This document shows, one piece after another, positions 24,137 to 36,952 of a stretch of 44,148 nucleotides of DNA. The stretch is from Azolla caroliniana (taxonomy: Eukaryota; Plantae; Polypodiophyta), in NCBI GenBank assembly GCA_043228905.1, contig JBHGNT010000255.1:1-44148 (forward strand), read 5' to 3'. The position numbers were made by a program, and so were the translations under genes. The stretch's first letter is position 1. The number at the start of each line of letters is the position of its first letter. Below the pieces are notes generated by a model that saw only the letters and a list, made by a program, of their open reading frames with translations, made no database searches and was not told the DNA's origin.

Positions 24137-24954
24137 CAGTGACTGGATGCTAATTAGCTATCTATTTTCTTAAACAGATGGTTTGATGAGCCCTATATTT
24201 GCTCAAACAGCTACCCAATTCCCTACTTACAAGTTTAATATCTGCATATTTCCTTAATTAGATGCGAAATACACCCCACAATTCCTTTAACTGGATGCTA
24301 AATACTCACACAATTCCTTAATTAGATGCCAAATACCGGCATATTTCTTACTTAGACACTAATATTGGTGACACATCTCCATTTTTCTGAGTTTGCAATT
24401 TAATTATCTCTTAATTTCATTGCGTACAGTCCTGGGGCATATCTATCTAACTGACAATTCACGTATCGATCGATGCTGAGCAAGCAATGAGAATTAACAT
24501 TTTATCCACTTTACTTTTCCATACCTTTTATTGGTTATAAATTATAACTGATTTATGCATATGTTCGATAGACAAAGACAATTGTTTTCTATTCTACTGA
24601 ACCGTATGCCCAAAAGGTTTTTACATTGAGGCTATATTGATAAACATTGCATTTTGTCGGTACATATTTGAATTATTGTTGGAAACCCCTTTCACTATTT
24701 GTCCGCCCCCAATAGTTGAATTATAATTGAGGCCATATGGGGTGTTAGGCATTTGTTGACCCCTAATATTTCTGGCTGTATCACGCGCTTTAGATGATAG
24801 GCTTTTGAAGCAATATTAAAGTAGTGTCTTCATGAACTTTATGTATAAGTAATTCTTCAATATCTATAATGAAAAGATTCATTCAAAGTCATATGTACAT
24901 TAAGGGTCTATGTATAATGCCAAATTGCAAAATGTGCATGATATGTATGTTTCA

Positions 24955-25690
24955 TAAGACATACGCCTTCAATCTCTCTCACTCTTTGAAGGTCGGAACT
25001 CTGATGACGACTCCTTTCAATTGCATCACCTTGAGTTTTTGAAGGTTGATATGGCCAAACTGCTTGTGCCATAACTCTATGTCGGACTCGGCTTTCGTGC
25101 CTTTTGCGAACATGGCCGATTTCATCTCGTTTGAGTCGAGAATGAACATTTGTCGTCCGCACGCGAGGAGTTGGCCCTCTTTTTCGATGAAGCAACTGCC
25201 TTGGTTGAATCAAACTTGCATTCGTTGCTCTACAATTTGGCCGACGGAGACCAAATTCTTCGTGATAGTTCGTACATGCAAGACATTTTTAATGTAAGTT
25301 TGTTTACCTTCTTTTCCAAACGGAACATTGCCGATGTGCCAAATCGGGTGCGTAGTGTCGTCTCCAATTTTGACATAGCTGGGTCAATATGGCTCTCGAA
25401 GTTCTCAGAACCCTTCTTGATGAGACATCATATGGTTCGAGGCACCGGAATTGACGAACCATACGTGTTCCGGACCGAAGGCACTAGTAGAAGTAGAGGC
25501 CGATATGGAATTCGCTCTATGTCTCATTACGAATAATCCACCGTAGTCGTCGTACTTGGAGTCAGCGGCGTAATTGGTGAGTTGTCAACTAGTGGAAGCC
25601 GACTCACGCATCTTCTTTTGGCACTCTTCTTTACGGTGGCTGACTTTGCCACAATATCTGCATTCGATTGAGGTTTGTCGGCATATGAAG
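24955..25690 (-). pseudogene. Fragment of a third Copia family (zinc knuckle, protease, GAG-pre-integrase)
   Basis: Manual minus-strand translation: ECRYCGKVSHRKEEC, VWFVNSGASNHM, IKNVLHVRTITKNLVSVGQIVEQ, ELWHKQFGHINLQKL, with stops. Confidence 0.85.
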
Positions 25691-25711
25691 TGATGTCAGT
25701 AAAAAAGAATA

Positions 25712-27420
25712 ATTGGGCATCACATACATTCTATCTAACCGACTCCATGTTTGTCTATGTCAAGCAGATTGGAAAGTAAAACCTGGATCATTCCCATGCA
25801 ACCATGTCCAAACATCTAACTTCAAAACCTCCATAGCCAATGAATCTCAAGCAAGTTGCTCAAGATCATCCATGATTGAATGTTCAGACGTAGATTGAGA
25901 TGCATCAACACACATGTTAAAATCACCTATAAGTAATCTTGGATGGCCCATAGATAGGGTTTGAAGGAGTGAGCCCCATAATGTAATACATTGAGTGGCT
26001 TGGTTAGGGACATAAATCCCAACCACCCATACAACCTCACCAAAAAACATGATTTCTAGAACCAAAAACCAACCATAAGGATCATTAGGCATCACTTGAG
26101 GATAATATTTATCCCACACGATTAATACCACACTTGAATCATGATTATTAAGATGTCCTTCATAGAATGATGAATATCCATGCAAATGAACTTTGGATCC
26201 TGCTAACTCATGACACTTATGCTCAACTGCACATAATACATCCCATTCTTTACTTAACAAAGTTTCCTATAATATATACTTCTTATGAGGAGATCATGCC
26301 CCTCTCACATTCCATGTTACCACTTTCATTGAATCAACAATGTTATTGGTGCACTTGCTCCTTTAGAGCAATCGATGTCATGAAACTAGTCAAAGCATGT
26401 TCCAATGCTGCATATGAATTCTCATGCACCACATCCTTAGGCTTGTTTATCGAATTTTTTTGTTTAGGTCCTTCTGCTTGACGAAAACCTCGAGAATTCG
26501 ATGAATTTACAACTCATTCCAATGAATCAAATTGAAGGTGAAGGGGTAATTCCTTATCCCTAAATTGACGTTGCCAAGGAACTTTTCGAGTACCCTCCCT
26601 AGTTCCCGAATTATCTTGCCATGTAGTCTCATGAGTAGTGGGCCAACTATTATGTTGCATATTCATTGATTTCCCCTTCGACTTGCCCTTAACCTGATGC
26701 CAATCTTTGTCAACAAAACCATCACTACTAGCTCTATCCAATGTTTTTTCCCCCTTGTCTATAACCACTCAACTTTGTTTTTCCATATCCATAGATTCAG
26801 TTCCCTTATTCTTAAGGCCCAATCCTTGAAGTGAGGCCTATTTATAACCTACTCTAGATGATGTTCCTTCATCCATAACAACCACAATGTCTAACACACC
26901 AACATCTCTCGCAAATCCTTCCTTGCCATTCCCTTCATTAGGAACCTCTACAATTGAAGGACAATGATGATGGCATTCTACCATAAAGTGACCCCATTCA
27001 CCACATCCAAAACAATGACCTACAAATGTCTCCCACTTCAATTTAAAACAAAGTCTTTTCATACTAGGTGTGTTCATACGCACCCATCCTGGCCTCTTAC
27101 GACTTGTATCCCATAACACACAAAATCTACACTTATTTGTAGCATTTGCATGTGGAGATACCAACACTTTACCCATTTGACTCATCAACTCTAGTAATAG
27201 TGGCCATAAAAAAGCATGCTTACAATCCATTGTTACCCAAACATGGCATTCTTATTTTAACAAAGCATGATAGTTCACTACGGGAGACCATTGCATTACA
27301 TGCATGAATCATTTATCGAAAAACACAGAAAGTTTAGCCAACAATGCACTTCGATGTTCCGGTGAACAAAATACTACATCATAAAACCCTCGTGATCCTA
27401 CATATATATTTTCAACTCAA
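25712..27420 (-). mobile_element. L1-type LINE fragment (ORF1 + APE endonuclease of ORF2)
   Basis: ORF1 CCHC knuckle CFGCGEWGHFMVEC. Endonuclease motifs VVGIYVPN, LLIGDFNM and GFTF..WSRLDRMY. Confidence 0.85.
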
Positions 27421-27963
27421 TTTGGTGACATGATTGTGTTCAAATAATAAAAAATAAAACTATCTTATACATGAAAAAAGGTTAGCCAAGGCTTACAAAA
27501 CCTTAAGGAGCTTCATTTCCCTTGCATTATAAAAGTCTTCATAAGTTTAATTTGATATCATGCACAATTTGCTCATTTCTTAAATAGCTTTATAAAGAGC
27601 TGATTTTATTTAGTGAGCTTGGGCAAGTAATCTTTTTTGTCTTGTTTAGGTTTGTGGTGAGCATTTTTTCTAAAATGCTTTGTTTTGTAGGGGATGGTAA
27701 ATAGACATAAGGTATCTTCTATTTTTAATTATTCTAGACTTGCCATGACCTCCATTATAGGTTATCTAACCTCATTCTTTGATGTATTTTGATCTCTTGC
27801 TAACATAAATACTATAATGTTGCATGCAACTAGATCATGTGAAAGAAAAAGTATTAAAAAAGTTGAATGCCTAGTCTAAATCTAATCTATCTTCGGCTAG
27901 CCACATTTTGGTGGCCAACCAAGTCATGTTGGCCACCATGTGGCACAACCATAGCTATTTGAA

Positions 27964-28660
27964 ATGTCTTTCGATTCTTCTCAGCAAGGCAAATCTATAG
28001 AACTTTACTTCACTCAAATCAAAGCTCTAACGAGGTAGATATAAGCCTTGCAAGATTGGCGGCAGCTAAAGAAGAAATCTTAGTTTTGTAATAGTTCTGA
28101 GGTCAATTGATGTTACAATCTCTCCCTAGTTGTCCCCTTTGAATGTTTATTCCATATTCTATTTTTCTTAAATTTTATCTAGCATTTTTTGTATCACAAA
28201 GAATTCATTTGTTCGTCAACTCTCTATATTGCATTGTTTGCTTTGTTGACAATTACCTCATTTCTCTTATTTCAAATTCATGGGTCATAATTTTTAGAGC
28301 TTTTCAATTAGTTTTAGTCCTTCATCCATCTATACTATTTTCCTTGCTTCTAATCAACTCGTGGCGTTTTATTTTGCAATGCAGTGACAAACCTATACTC
28401 TCCTCACCACCCCTCACTCAATCATGAATACCATACCATCTAGTATCATGATGACCCTCCATCGTCCTCCTCCTTGCTCTTCCTATATGACACAATACTT
28501 TCACAAATTTTTCCCACATTAATTTTCTGTTTCTTTCGTTAGCAAGTTTCCAATCGTAGTAGTGGTATTGTAGACATTGTCCAGTTCTTGTTGATTCTCC
28601 TCATCATCCTTATCATCAATCTTCCTTGTTCATTGACTTGGAGATATGGTGGGGTTGTCA
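27964..28660. repeat. Diverged direct duplicate of about 12460..13480 (with deletions)
   Basis: tgtctttcg.ttcttctcagcaag.caaat.tatagaa...caaatcaaagctctaa.gaggtagat and ctatactctc.tcaccacccctca.tcaatcatgaataccataccatctag occur in both places. Confidence 0.8.
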
Positions 28661-28679
28661 TTTGGAAGGTAGGAGAAAG

Positions 28680-29420
28680 CAACATTACAACTATTAAAAA
28701 TGGCAAGCATATGTTAGAACTCATGGAGAAGACGGTAATGACCTCAAACACCACCATAAACTACAAGTGATACGTGGTTTGGTTTCTTCATGAGAGATGG
28801 CGAACTGGTCACCATAAAAAGCAAGAAGGCGAATGTTGCTATTTTGCAAATGTGCTTGCATTCCTCAAATGAAGTAGAAGGGAACTGGTATCTCATTCGA
28901 ATAATCACGTGCATGGAAAAGAAATGGCATGTCGATCCTAAACCAAAGATTCGTTGGGAGGAAGATTATAAGGTATGAATTTACAACAATCACCTAATAG
29001 AACATCTCAATTGGGACCCTCTACAATATCATTGGAACATCCATAATCAGAAGAAAAAGCAATTCTTTGCCTATACTATGGGCATAGGAAGGCCTCTACT
29101 ACTCAAAAAGTTGGTAGCTAAAACCCTAATAAAAAATCTGTGGGCATCACACAAAGTGCATGACTCCTTAGGACGGTTTTGAGAGAAATTATGGATTATT
29201 GATCTCCCCCAACAATGAAGTCATTTTTCTAGCTACTTAGCCATTGTGCCCTTCCAACCGGGGAATGGAACAACAAATCTGGACTGGACCCAACTTGTCT
29301 CTTGTTTGGTGAAGCGGTTGAATCATCTTAGCACTACATGTGGTCTTGCGTACACTCACAAGAAGTATGGAAGTGAAGTTTACGGTGTCGTGATGTTTTC
29401 AACACAGTGTGAAACCACCA
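28680..29420 (+). mobile_element. LINE ORF2 C-terminal fragment (zf-RVT-like)
   Basis: Manual translation near 29220..29375: KSFF*LLSHCALPTGEW..DPTCLLFGEAVESS*HYMWSCVHSQEVWK. Confidence 0.7.
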
Positions 29421-30129
29421 TCAAAAGAGAATAAAGTAGTAGTTCAAATAAACTAATATTGCGAAGTCAATTTTTGTTATAAATGATGAAAAGATAGAAA
29501 GATAGAAGCAGTTTTTCAAAAGTAAAAAAAGTAGAAAACAAACCGCAAGGTGTGGAATTGAGGAGCAAGGTAGAGAAAAAAGCTCATAATTTCCGCATCC
29601 AATGTCCAAATTAGAAAATAAAAGACTCCTACGAAAAGTAACACTAAGAGCTTTCCAAACATATCTTGCATGTCAAATTTGGGCTTAGAAATAAACTCGA
29701 CTTATATAAACAAAGCTTTTTTTTTAGGAGAAAAGAAAAACAAGCCATAGAAAACCTATAAATAAGAGCTATTCTTAAGAAGACGGGGGAGATGGATGGG
29801 GATTGAAGAAGAAAAGATATATGTTTCCTCTCTCATACTCTTATACCCCAAAAGGGGATATAGAAAAAAAAAAATCATGTAACAAAATAAGTCCATCAGA
29901 TGGAGGATCTAGTAATAAAAAACTTTCCATGTTTCCTTCCTCATACTCTCTTAATTTAAGTTTTGCTTATGTATAAGTATATGTTAGTGTTATTCATCCT
30001 CTCTTACTCTAAGCTTTGTTTACTCATAAGCATAATTAAGTATTATTTGATCTCACATACTCTCCTACTCGAAGATTTTCTTGAACCTATATGTATAATT
30101 AAGTATTATTCGATCTCTCATACTATCAT

Positions 30130-30466
30130 GTGTTTTTTTTATCAACTAAAGTGTTCATGTACGCTAGATGTGCATGTGTAGCTTTTTTTTATTCTATCAT
30201 GCGTTTTCTTCTAACTAAAGCTTTTTTCCTAGAAAATATGCATGAAATAACCTTTGTATTTGGACATCTACTTTTTTGACACTTGTGATGTGCTAGTATA
30301 ATGGTAAGGCTTTAATTTATTTACATGGATGTACAAGGTTCAAATCTTGCCCTATGCATGCAATGTATATGTTAGTATTTTCTTCTAATTCCTCTTATTT
30401 ATTGAATCGGGTACTCCATATGTTTTTCACGTAATGTACGAACTACATTACGACAACGGATACTAG
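30130..30466 (+). mobile_element. Helitron-like 3' end of a non-autonomous element with internal Pol III box A/B-like motifs
   Basis: Hairpin cgtaatgta-cgaac-tacattacg (30430..30452) ends 10 nt before CTAG (30463..30466). A related copy lies at 35455..35836. Confidence 0.55.
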
Positions 30467-30820
30467 CTCGCAATGGAGGTTATGGGGAAGTCTCATGGGC
30501 GGTGGCCCAATCGCTCACGATGCACTTGGAATCATGGTTTTCCAATTCAACGAATCCAGCCCCTTCATGCAAATGGGGTGGGCAAAATTCAGGAACCGAT
30601 TCTCCATCTTGGTCACAAACAAAGTCAACATAGTTGAAGTCATTGTCAATCACACTACCGGGTCTAACAACATGGTAGATATGGAAGCACCGCTACCACA
30701 CGATCTTCCAAGGGAAGCCCACTCTACCAGCAGAGGTGTTCATGGAACTTTGGGATCACCTCATCCCCTTCCTTCATGGGTCATATGAAGATATTCAAGG
30801 TGAAACAGACTCAACATCTA

Positions 30821-31070
30821 GGACCTGGGCAACCTTCATCCTAAAATGGAACAGAACATTAATGTTGTGATTGTAGGGAGGAAAATTATATAAGATGGTG
30901 CCAAAATGTCTCCTCCCACTAAGGACTCTCCCCATACAGCATCCCGGACCTGGGCAACCTTCATCCTAAAATGGAACAGAACGTTAATGTTGTGATTGTA
31001 GGGAGGCAAATTATATAAGATGGTGCCAAAATGTCTCCTCCCACTAAGGACTCTCCCCATACAGCATCCC
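30821..31070. repeat. 125-bp tandem duplication x2
   Basis: ggacctgggcaacc...acagcatccc at 30821..30945 and 30946..31070. Confidence 0.92.
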
Positions 31071-31269
31071 CCCACCGTCCGTAGACTGTAGAAGACCCTT
31101 AGTCTTCCCCTCTAAGAAGGACCCTTAGTCTTCCACTCCACGTTTTTAGAGTTAATCAAAGCCACAGAGCTCTATATGAGACATGATACCTCCTATATTT
31201 CTTCCTAACTAATGGGTATCATTTTTTCTGGAAAGAAAATGTATTATAATGTTTTCCTGCCTAGGTATG

Positions 31270-31845
31270 TGTCAAGAATCGTGACCGGCCACAACCGGTT
31301 GTTCATACATATGTTCGGGTGCAAAGAGTCAACATTGACAGTACATAGACAAAAAATGAAGAACAACAAACAAGAAACCGAGAAGACACAAAGACGGATA
31401 TTTTTATGTGGAAAACCTGAAATGGGAAAAACCACAGGGGTCCACAAACCCCGAGAAACAGAATCACTATATGTAGAGAGGAAGTACAACAAGAAACTCA
31501 GAGGCGACGACCTCAAGATCTTCTTTGTCAACAAACGGCTACAGAGTTACACACTAACTCTCACATTCTCTCTTGCACAGTTATAGAGGCCACTACCTTC
31601 TTGTAACTCACAACCTAATCATACAACAATGATCTACCACACCTTACTAAAGTTTTCCCTAGTTGTATTTATACTTATACAACTTTATGGCTATTTACAT
31701 ACATAGCCCACATGGGGCACATTTCGACTATTTACAAATATAGTCTCCCGAGTTGGGTATATCCTCGATTTCAGTTTTAGCCTCGGCCGAGTTATTCATC
31801 AACTCAGCTCTTCTCTTCTCATCTGGACAGACCTGTGTTCCAACA
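31270..31845 (-). mobile_element. Solo LTR
   Basis: TG...CA, 576 bp, flanked by a perfect 5-bp TSD GTATG (31265..31269 and 31846..31850). No internal domain. Orientation inferred from composition. Confidence 0.85.
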
Positions 31846-32369
31846 GTATGGGCCCCATTTAGTTTTGGTTCAATTCGGTTTCTTACCCTTATTTCTACAT
31901 GACCAAAACTAAAGACATCATGTCGATAAATGTTAAATTAAGATGTATTGGAAACTTCATGTTAGTCTCTCCTCACACCAACATTTAAACATTGATCAAA
32001 TATAAAATCAAATCAATTATGCAAACAATATGTTGATACATTGCAATGTTGTCCAACAACTCATCGCGATGACATGTTATACAAACCCTCTAATAAGAAT
32101 ACGATTGGAGATTGGCCTTTTGGTCCTATATAATTTTGGATACTACATACATACACACACCAACACCTTTACCTATAGATTGTCTAGATGGATCATAGGA
32201 AGAGCTTATACAAAATATGAAATATATCTTCCACAATTTGTCACATACATGTATATTGACTTATTAACAAAAAACTTTTGCATAGAAAGCCTTAGGATAT
32301 TACGTAGATTGTGCTCTAAGTTGTAAATTGTTTATTATCTTTTTTTTTATTGGATGCCTTAGATTGTTG

Positions 32370-33185
32370 TTCCTTCGACCATACATGTTATGTTATCGTT
32401 ACTTTGTCAAGAAAAGGCCTCCTCGGTAAGTTTCTTGGCTGCCTCTTCCGCATCAAGAATACATTGAACAAAGGAGATTGCATACTCAACAATAATATGA
32501 ATAAACATGAAATTTGAGCTTTGCAAACTGTTTTTGAATCAAAATACCACTTTCTCATACTTTAATTGAAAGAACATCTCATTAACCATCACTCGCAAGA
32601 ATTAGAAACTCTATCGAGTTACTTATCATCTCTTCTCGAAGATAAGAAAATAGAAAGACATTAAAAGAAAAAGACACATTACATGCACAACAGAATATTA
32701 GTGAGCTTCCCCTTGGGTTCCTTCCTATAACATTGGAAAGAGGAAAAGGGCATACAAAAAAATTGTATAGATATATAGCAAACAAAAGCAATTGGACGTG
32801 CTCTTCTGGAATTGAAAAACATATTGTCCATGAATCAATACACATCAGATGAAACATATATATCGTGCACATTTTGCAAGTTGGCATTTTATATGACCCT
32901 TCATGTACATGACACTTAGGACACACTTTTATACTATTTGTAATAGTCAATGTACATTGCCATATTCATTGTCTAGCACATTTATTGCCATATTCATTGT
33001 ACATTGAGAATCTTTTCATTATAGTAGTACAAATTCTCATCAATAAAAGAGCCACAGATACAAACACAAGACTACTTGCAATAAGATCTTGAAGAATTCC
33101 TTTATTATAAAGTTCAAAATCCTATCACCTAAAGCTCGTGATACAGCTAGAAGTCTACCCACTCTCCAAATACCTATAAATTCAC
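32370..33185 (-). pseudogene. Protein phosphatase 2C gene fragments (C-terminal exons)
   Basis: In colinear order: GIWRVGRLLAVSRALGDRIL (about 33120..33180), EEMISNSIEFLILASDG (about 32585..32640) and ILDAEEAAKKLTEEAFS*QSNDNITCMV (about 32375..32460). These match plant PP2C motifs. Confidence 0.82.
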
Positions 33186-34269
33186 GAAAGCTCGTCACAT
33201 AATTCACGAAAATATTAGGGTCCAACAAATAATTAAGAGGTTTCCAAAAATACCTATAAATTGCAAAACTCGTAAAAAGGTTTGGAGAAAAAGCAATTTC
33301 TACGAATGGAGCCTCAATGTTTAGGAATATATAGACAACACCACCTACGTCGACAATGAACCGACCTAGTTGTAAAAATTAAGAGGGAATGAAATTGCAA
33401 TTCAGAAATATGCAGGTGTTTGACATCTAATTAAGGAATTGTGGGGGGTATTTCGCATCTAATTAAGGAAATATGCAGATATTTTAGATCTAAGTAGGGA
33501 ATTGGGTAGCTGTTTGAACAAATGTAGGGCTCATCAAACCATCTGTTAAGAAAATAGATAGCTAATTAGCATCCAGTCACTGAAATATATAGCTAATTAG
33601 CATCCAGTCACTGAAATCAGCGTCTAATCTAAGAAAGGATACACCCTAATTCGCATCAGAGTAATGAACATGAACAAATGATTGAGAGAGAGAGAGAGAA
33701 TATGTCAATATCTGACCTTTTTACGTCTTATGTTTTTTATATAAGTTTTGGACGGGTTCTATCTCGTATCACAGGATACAATAATGCATTTACACGTTTT
33801 CTCTCTTTATTCATTGAACGAAATTATTGCCTTTGTCCATATTACATGTGTGGACGGACTACCGGAGAGACTTTCAGTTTTGTTGAAAATAAGATCATAG
33901 TGATATATACAAAAATGTCCACGACTTTCTTTTAACTCGTCGACGAGTCCATATATCGGCCACCATAGAATCCTGTTTATTTCTCTATATTAGGAGGACT
34001 TAAGGCATAATCGCCATTCTTTCAACACTAGTTCTATGCATCTGCCCGTAAACCTCTTTATTTCTCTATATTATGACAACTAATCATAACACTCACAATT
34101 AGGAATTGCTACATACACACACACATCCATAATGACACATAGATATAGATGCTTGGGGTATTTAAAATTTTCTTCCCTAACACACATACATCTATCCTCC
34201 AGGAGCAAACCTTGAGCACGATATTGCCCTTAAACTTACTGCTCATTGTTATGTAAAGGCATCCCTCCT

Positions 34270-35200
34270 TGCGGGGGAGTCGGCCGAAAAGTCGACTTGA
34301 GAGTCGGCTAATCAAAATCGGCCAAAAAGCCGAAAAGAGTTGGCTGACCGAATTTGGTCGGAAGAGCCGAAACGAGAGTCGGCTAGTCGGAATCGGTCAA
34401 AGAGCTAAAACGATAATCGGTTGTCCGAAGAAACAAAACATTGAAACGAGAGTCAATTCGAACACACTTATACATATATATGTACAGCTATGTGTATGAA
34501 ATAACTTAGTATATATATACTGACAGGCGTAGTAGTGTGTCTGCATGTGGGATAAGTCACTAGGAGTTAAAATAGTGAGAAAAAGTGTGAAAGTATACTT
34601 AAGTGAAATAGTAAGCGTGTGAGCAATATATATATATATGAGAATATAGTGCGAGAGAAGCGTTGTACAGTGAACGACTTAGAGAGAACACAGTAGCGAC
34701 TGTGTGAGTACCATATCTCAGAAGTTGAGAGTGAGGGGAAAAGTTGAGAGAAACAGAAAAGAAGAGAGAGAGAGATTAAAACAGAGAAGCTAAGGAAGTT
34801 TCGAACGGGAAAGACATCTACGTGCTAGGGTTTGGTGTTCTCATCTGAAATTGTGGTTTTAGAGAACATTCAGACCAAATCAGGTTCTTTCATTCCATGG
34901 TTGTATTTTGTCTTCTATTATAGTGGAAAGTTATGTTCCGTGGTTTTTTCCCCGAAATCAGGGTTTTTCCATGTAAATCGTGTGCTACCTTTTATTTATG
35001 TTTATGTCGAAGTTTGATTTCAAGATTTTGTTTGAGTGAAATCTTATCACTCATCAGGTACGTTTCTTTCATTCTCCTCCTCTTAATTGTTTCAATTAGC
35101 TCACATGTACACAATCGAACATAACTACATATATACATCCACACATACGTTGTCATGCCTTTCGGCTCCGGATCGTTGCGTGAGTCGGGTGGGAACCGCC
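34270..35200 (+). mobile_element. LTR-like sequence (probable solo LTR; ends uncertain)
   Basis: GC-rich degenerate gtcggc/ccga repeats, TATA-like tracts, a GA-rich tract and ggttttttccc..gggtttttcca motifs similar to the 31270..31845 LTR. No convincing TSD found. Confidence 0.45.
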
Positions 35201-35454
35201 GAGGTTTTGGACTAGGAGAAAGAAAAATACAAATAAGGCTAGTAAATAATAGGTATAAAGAGTTATAAGATAAGAATCTCGTGAATACCACGAGTTTAGT
35301 ATATTTAGTCAATATTTAGGTAGTAAGAGAGAATTATTTTAGCAAATTCGTGAATCCCACGAATATTTTAGATTGATTGATCATTATAGAAAAATAATCA
35401 ACAAAAACTACAATGTGCTCCCCATCCTTATATAGTGATGGGAGAGACTAAGCA

Positions 35455-35836
35455 TAACTACATGCTTTTTTCTAATATGTTCATGCACACTAAATGTGCA
35501 TGTGATGCATTTCTAATCCTTGCTTTTATTTGCTAAATATAGTGATGAGTCACTTTTTAGTTGCTTGCGTTTTTCTATAAAATATTCACGCACTCTAAAA
35601 ATGCATGACTTACCTTTTAATAAAGGTAGGCGCAAATAAAGCACTTAATGGTAAGGTTGAGGTAGCATAATGGTAAGGTTGAGGTTTGGTTACGTGGAGG
35701 TATACGGTTCGAATCTTGCCCTATGCATGTGATACATATTTTGCTATTCTTATTTTATTTATTTATATGTAATTAAATCGGTTATATTATTTTTACTTTT
35801 TCACGTAGTGTACGAAATACACTACGACAACGTATA
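35455..35836 (+). mobile_element. Second copy of the Helitron-like end element
   Basis: tagcataatgg (35663), ggttcgaatc (35706) and hairpin cgtagtgta-cgaaa-tacactacg (35804..35826). The terminal CTAG is degenerate. Confidence 0.5.
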
Positions 35837-36057
35837 GAGGCGTCAATAAATATAGGCATGAATGAATACCTGTGTAATCAACTATTGTCATAGAGGTTTG
35901 TGATTTTAATCGATTAATTTCATTATTTTGGGTTTTGTTATTTAAATTCCGAAATCTAAGCAAACGATTATTTTCAATTTACGATTACAACTATATGACC
36001 TTCCCAAAGTGTATCATGTTTGGAACTCTAACGACTTTCCTAGTCCACAATACCGAT

Positions 36058-36952
36058 CATTTTGTCTCTCCACACATGTATCTTGTGAACTTGCAATCGA
36101 CACCATTAAGATCTTATTTCAAATGGTGTGAAACTCCAACAATTTTGTCTCTCCACACATGTATCTTGTGAACTTGCAATCGACACCATTACGATCTTAT
36201 TTCAAATGGTGTGAAACTCCAACAATTTTGTCTCTCCACACATGTATCTTGTGAACTTGCAATCGACACCATTACGATCTTATTTCAAATGGAGTGAAAC
36301 TCCAACAATTTTGTCTCGCCACATGTCATGGAATCTCAATCGATACCATTAAGTTCTTCTTTCAAATGGAGTGAAAAACCAACAATTTTGTCTCTCCACA
36401 TGTTAGGGACTCGCAATTGACACCATTAAGTTCTTATTTCAAACGGTGTGAAACTCCAATAATTTTGTCTCTCCACATGTCAAGGACTCACAATCGACAC
36501 CATTAAGTTCTTATTTCAAACAAAGTGAAACTCCAATTTTGTTTCTCCACATGTTATGGACTCGGAATCGGTTCCATTAAGTTCTTATTTCAAAGGGATT
36601 GAAACTCCAATTTTGTCTCTCCACATGTCATGGACTCGCAATCGGTTCCATTAAGTTCTTATTTCGTCCTGGACTCTCAATCAACACCATTAAAGTTCTT
36701 ATTTCAAATGGAGTGAAACTCCAACAATTTTGTCTCGCCACATGTCATGGACTCTCAGTCGACACCATTAAGTTCTTATTTCAAATGGAGTGAAACTCCA
36801 ACAATTTTGTCTCTCCACATGTCATGGACTCTCAATCGACACCATTAAGTTCTTATTTCAAATGGAGTGAAACTCCAACAATTTTGTCTCACCAAATGTC
36901 CTGGACTCGCAATCGACATCACTTATGATCCTATTTCAAATGGAGTGAAACT
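36058..36952. repeat. Minisatellite, about 11.5 units of 74-83 bp
   Basis: tttgtctctccac...aatcgacaccattaag.tcttatttcaaatgg.gtgaaactccaacaa recurs at 36061, 36144, 36227, 36310, 36387, 36464, 36538, 36612, (partial), 36729, 36806 and 36883. Confidence 0.95.

Noticed and set aside
25150-25536. 128-aa + strand ORF as a novel gene
   Set aside because: It is the antisense shadow of a Copia protease fragment on the minus strand.
29430-30130. Possible LTR
   Set aside because: It has a TATA-like motif and a purine-rich tract, but I found no TG..CA ends, TSD or second copy.
30470-30820. Possible coding fragment of higher GC
   Set aside because: No motif recognised in the frames I translated, so it is left unannotated.
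35655-35725. tRNA gene
   Set aside because: Box A/B-like motifs are present, but I could not form an acceptor stem or anticodon arm. It is part of a repeat.
36058-36952. CRISPR-like array
   Set aside because: Whole units are homologous, with no unique spacers and no cas genes, in a eukaryotic context. It is a minisatellite.
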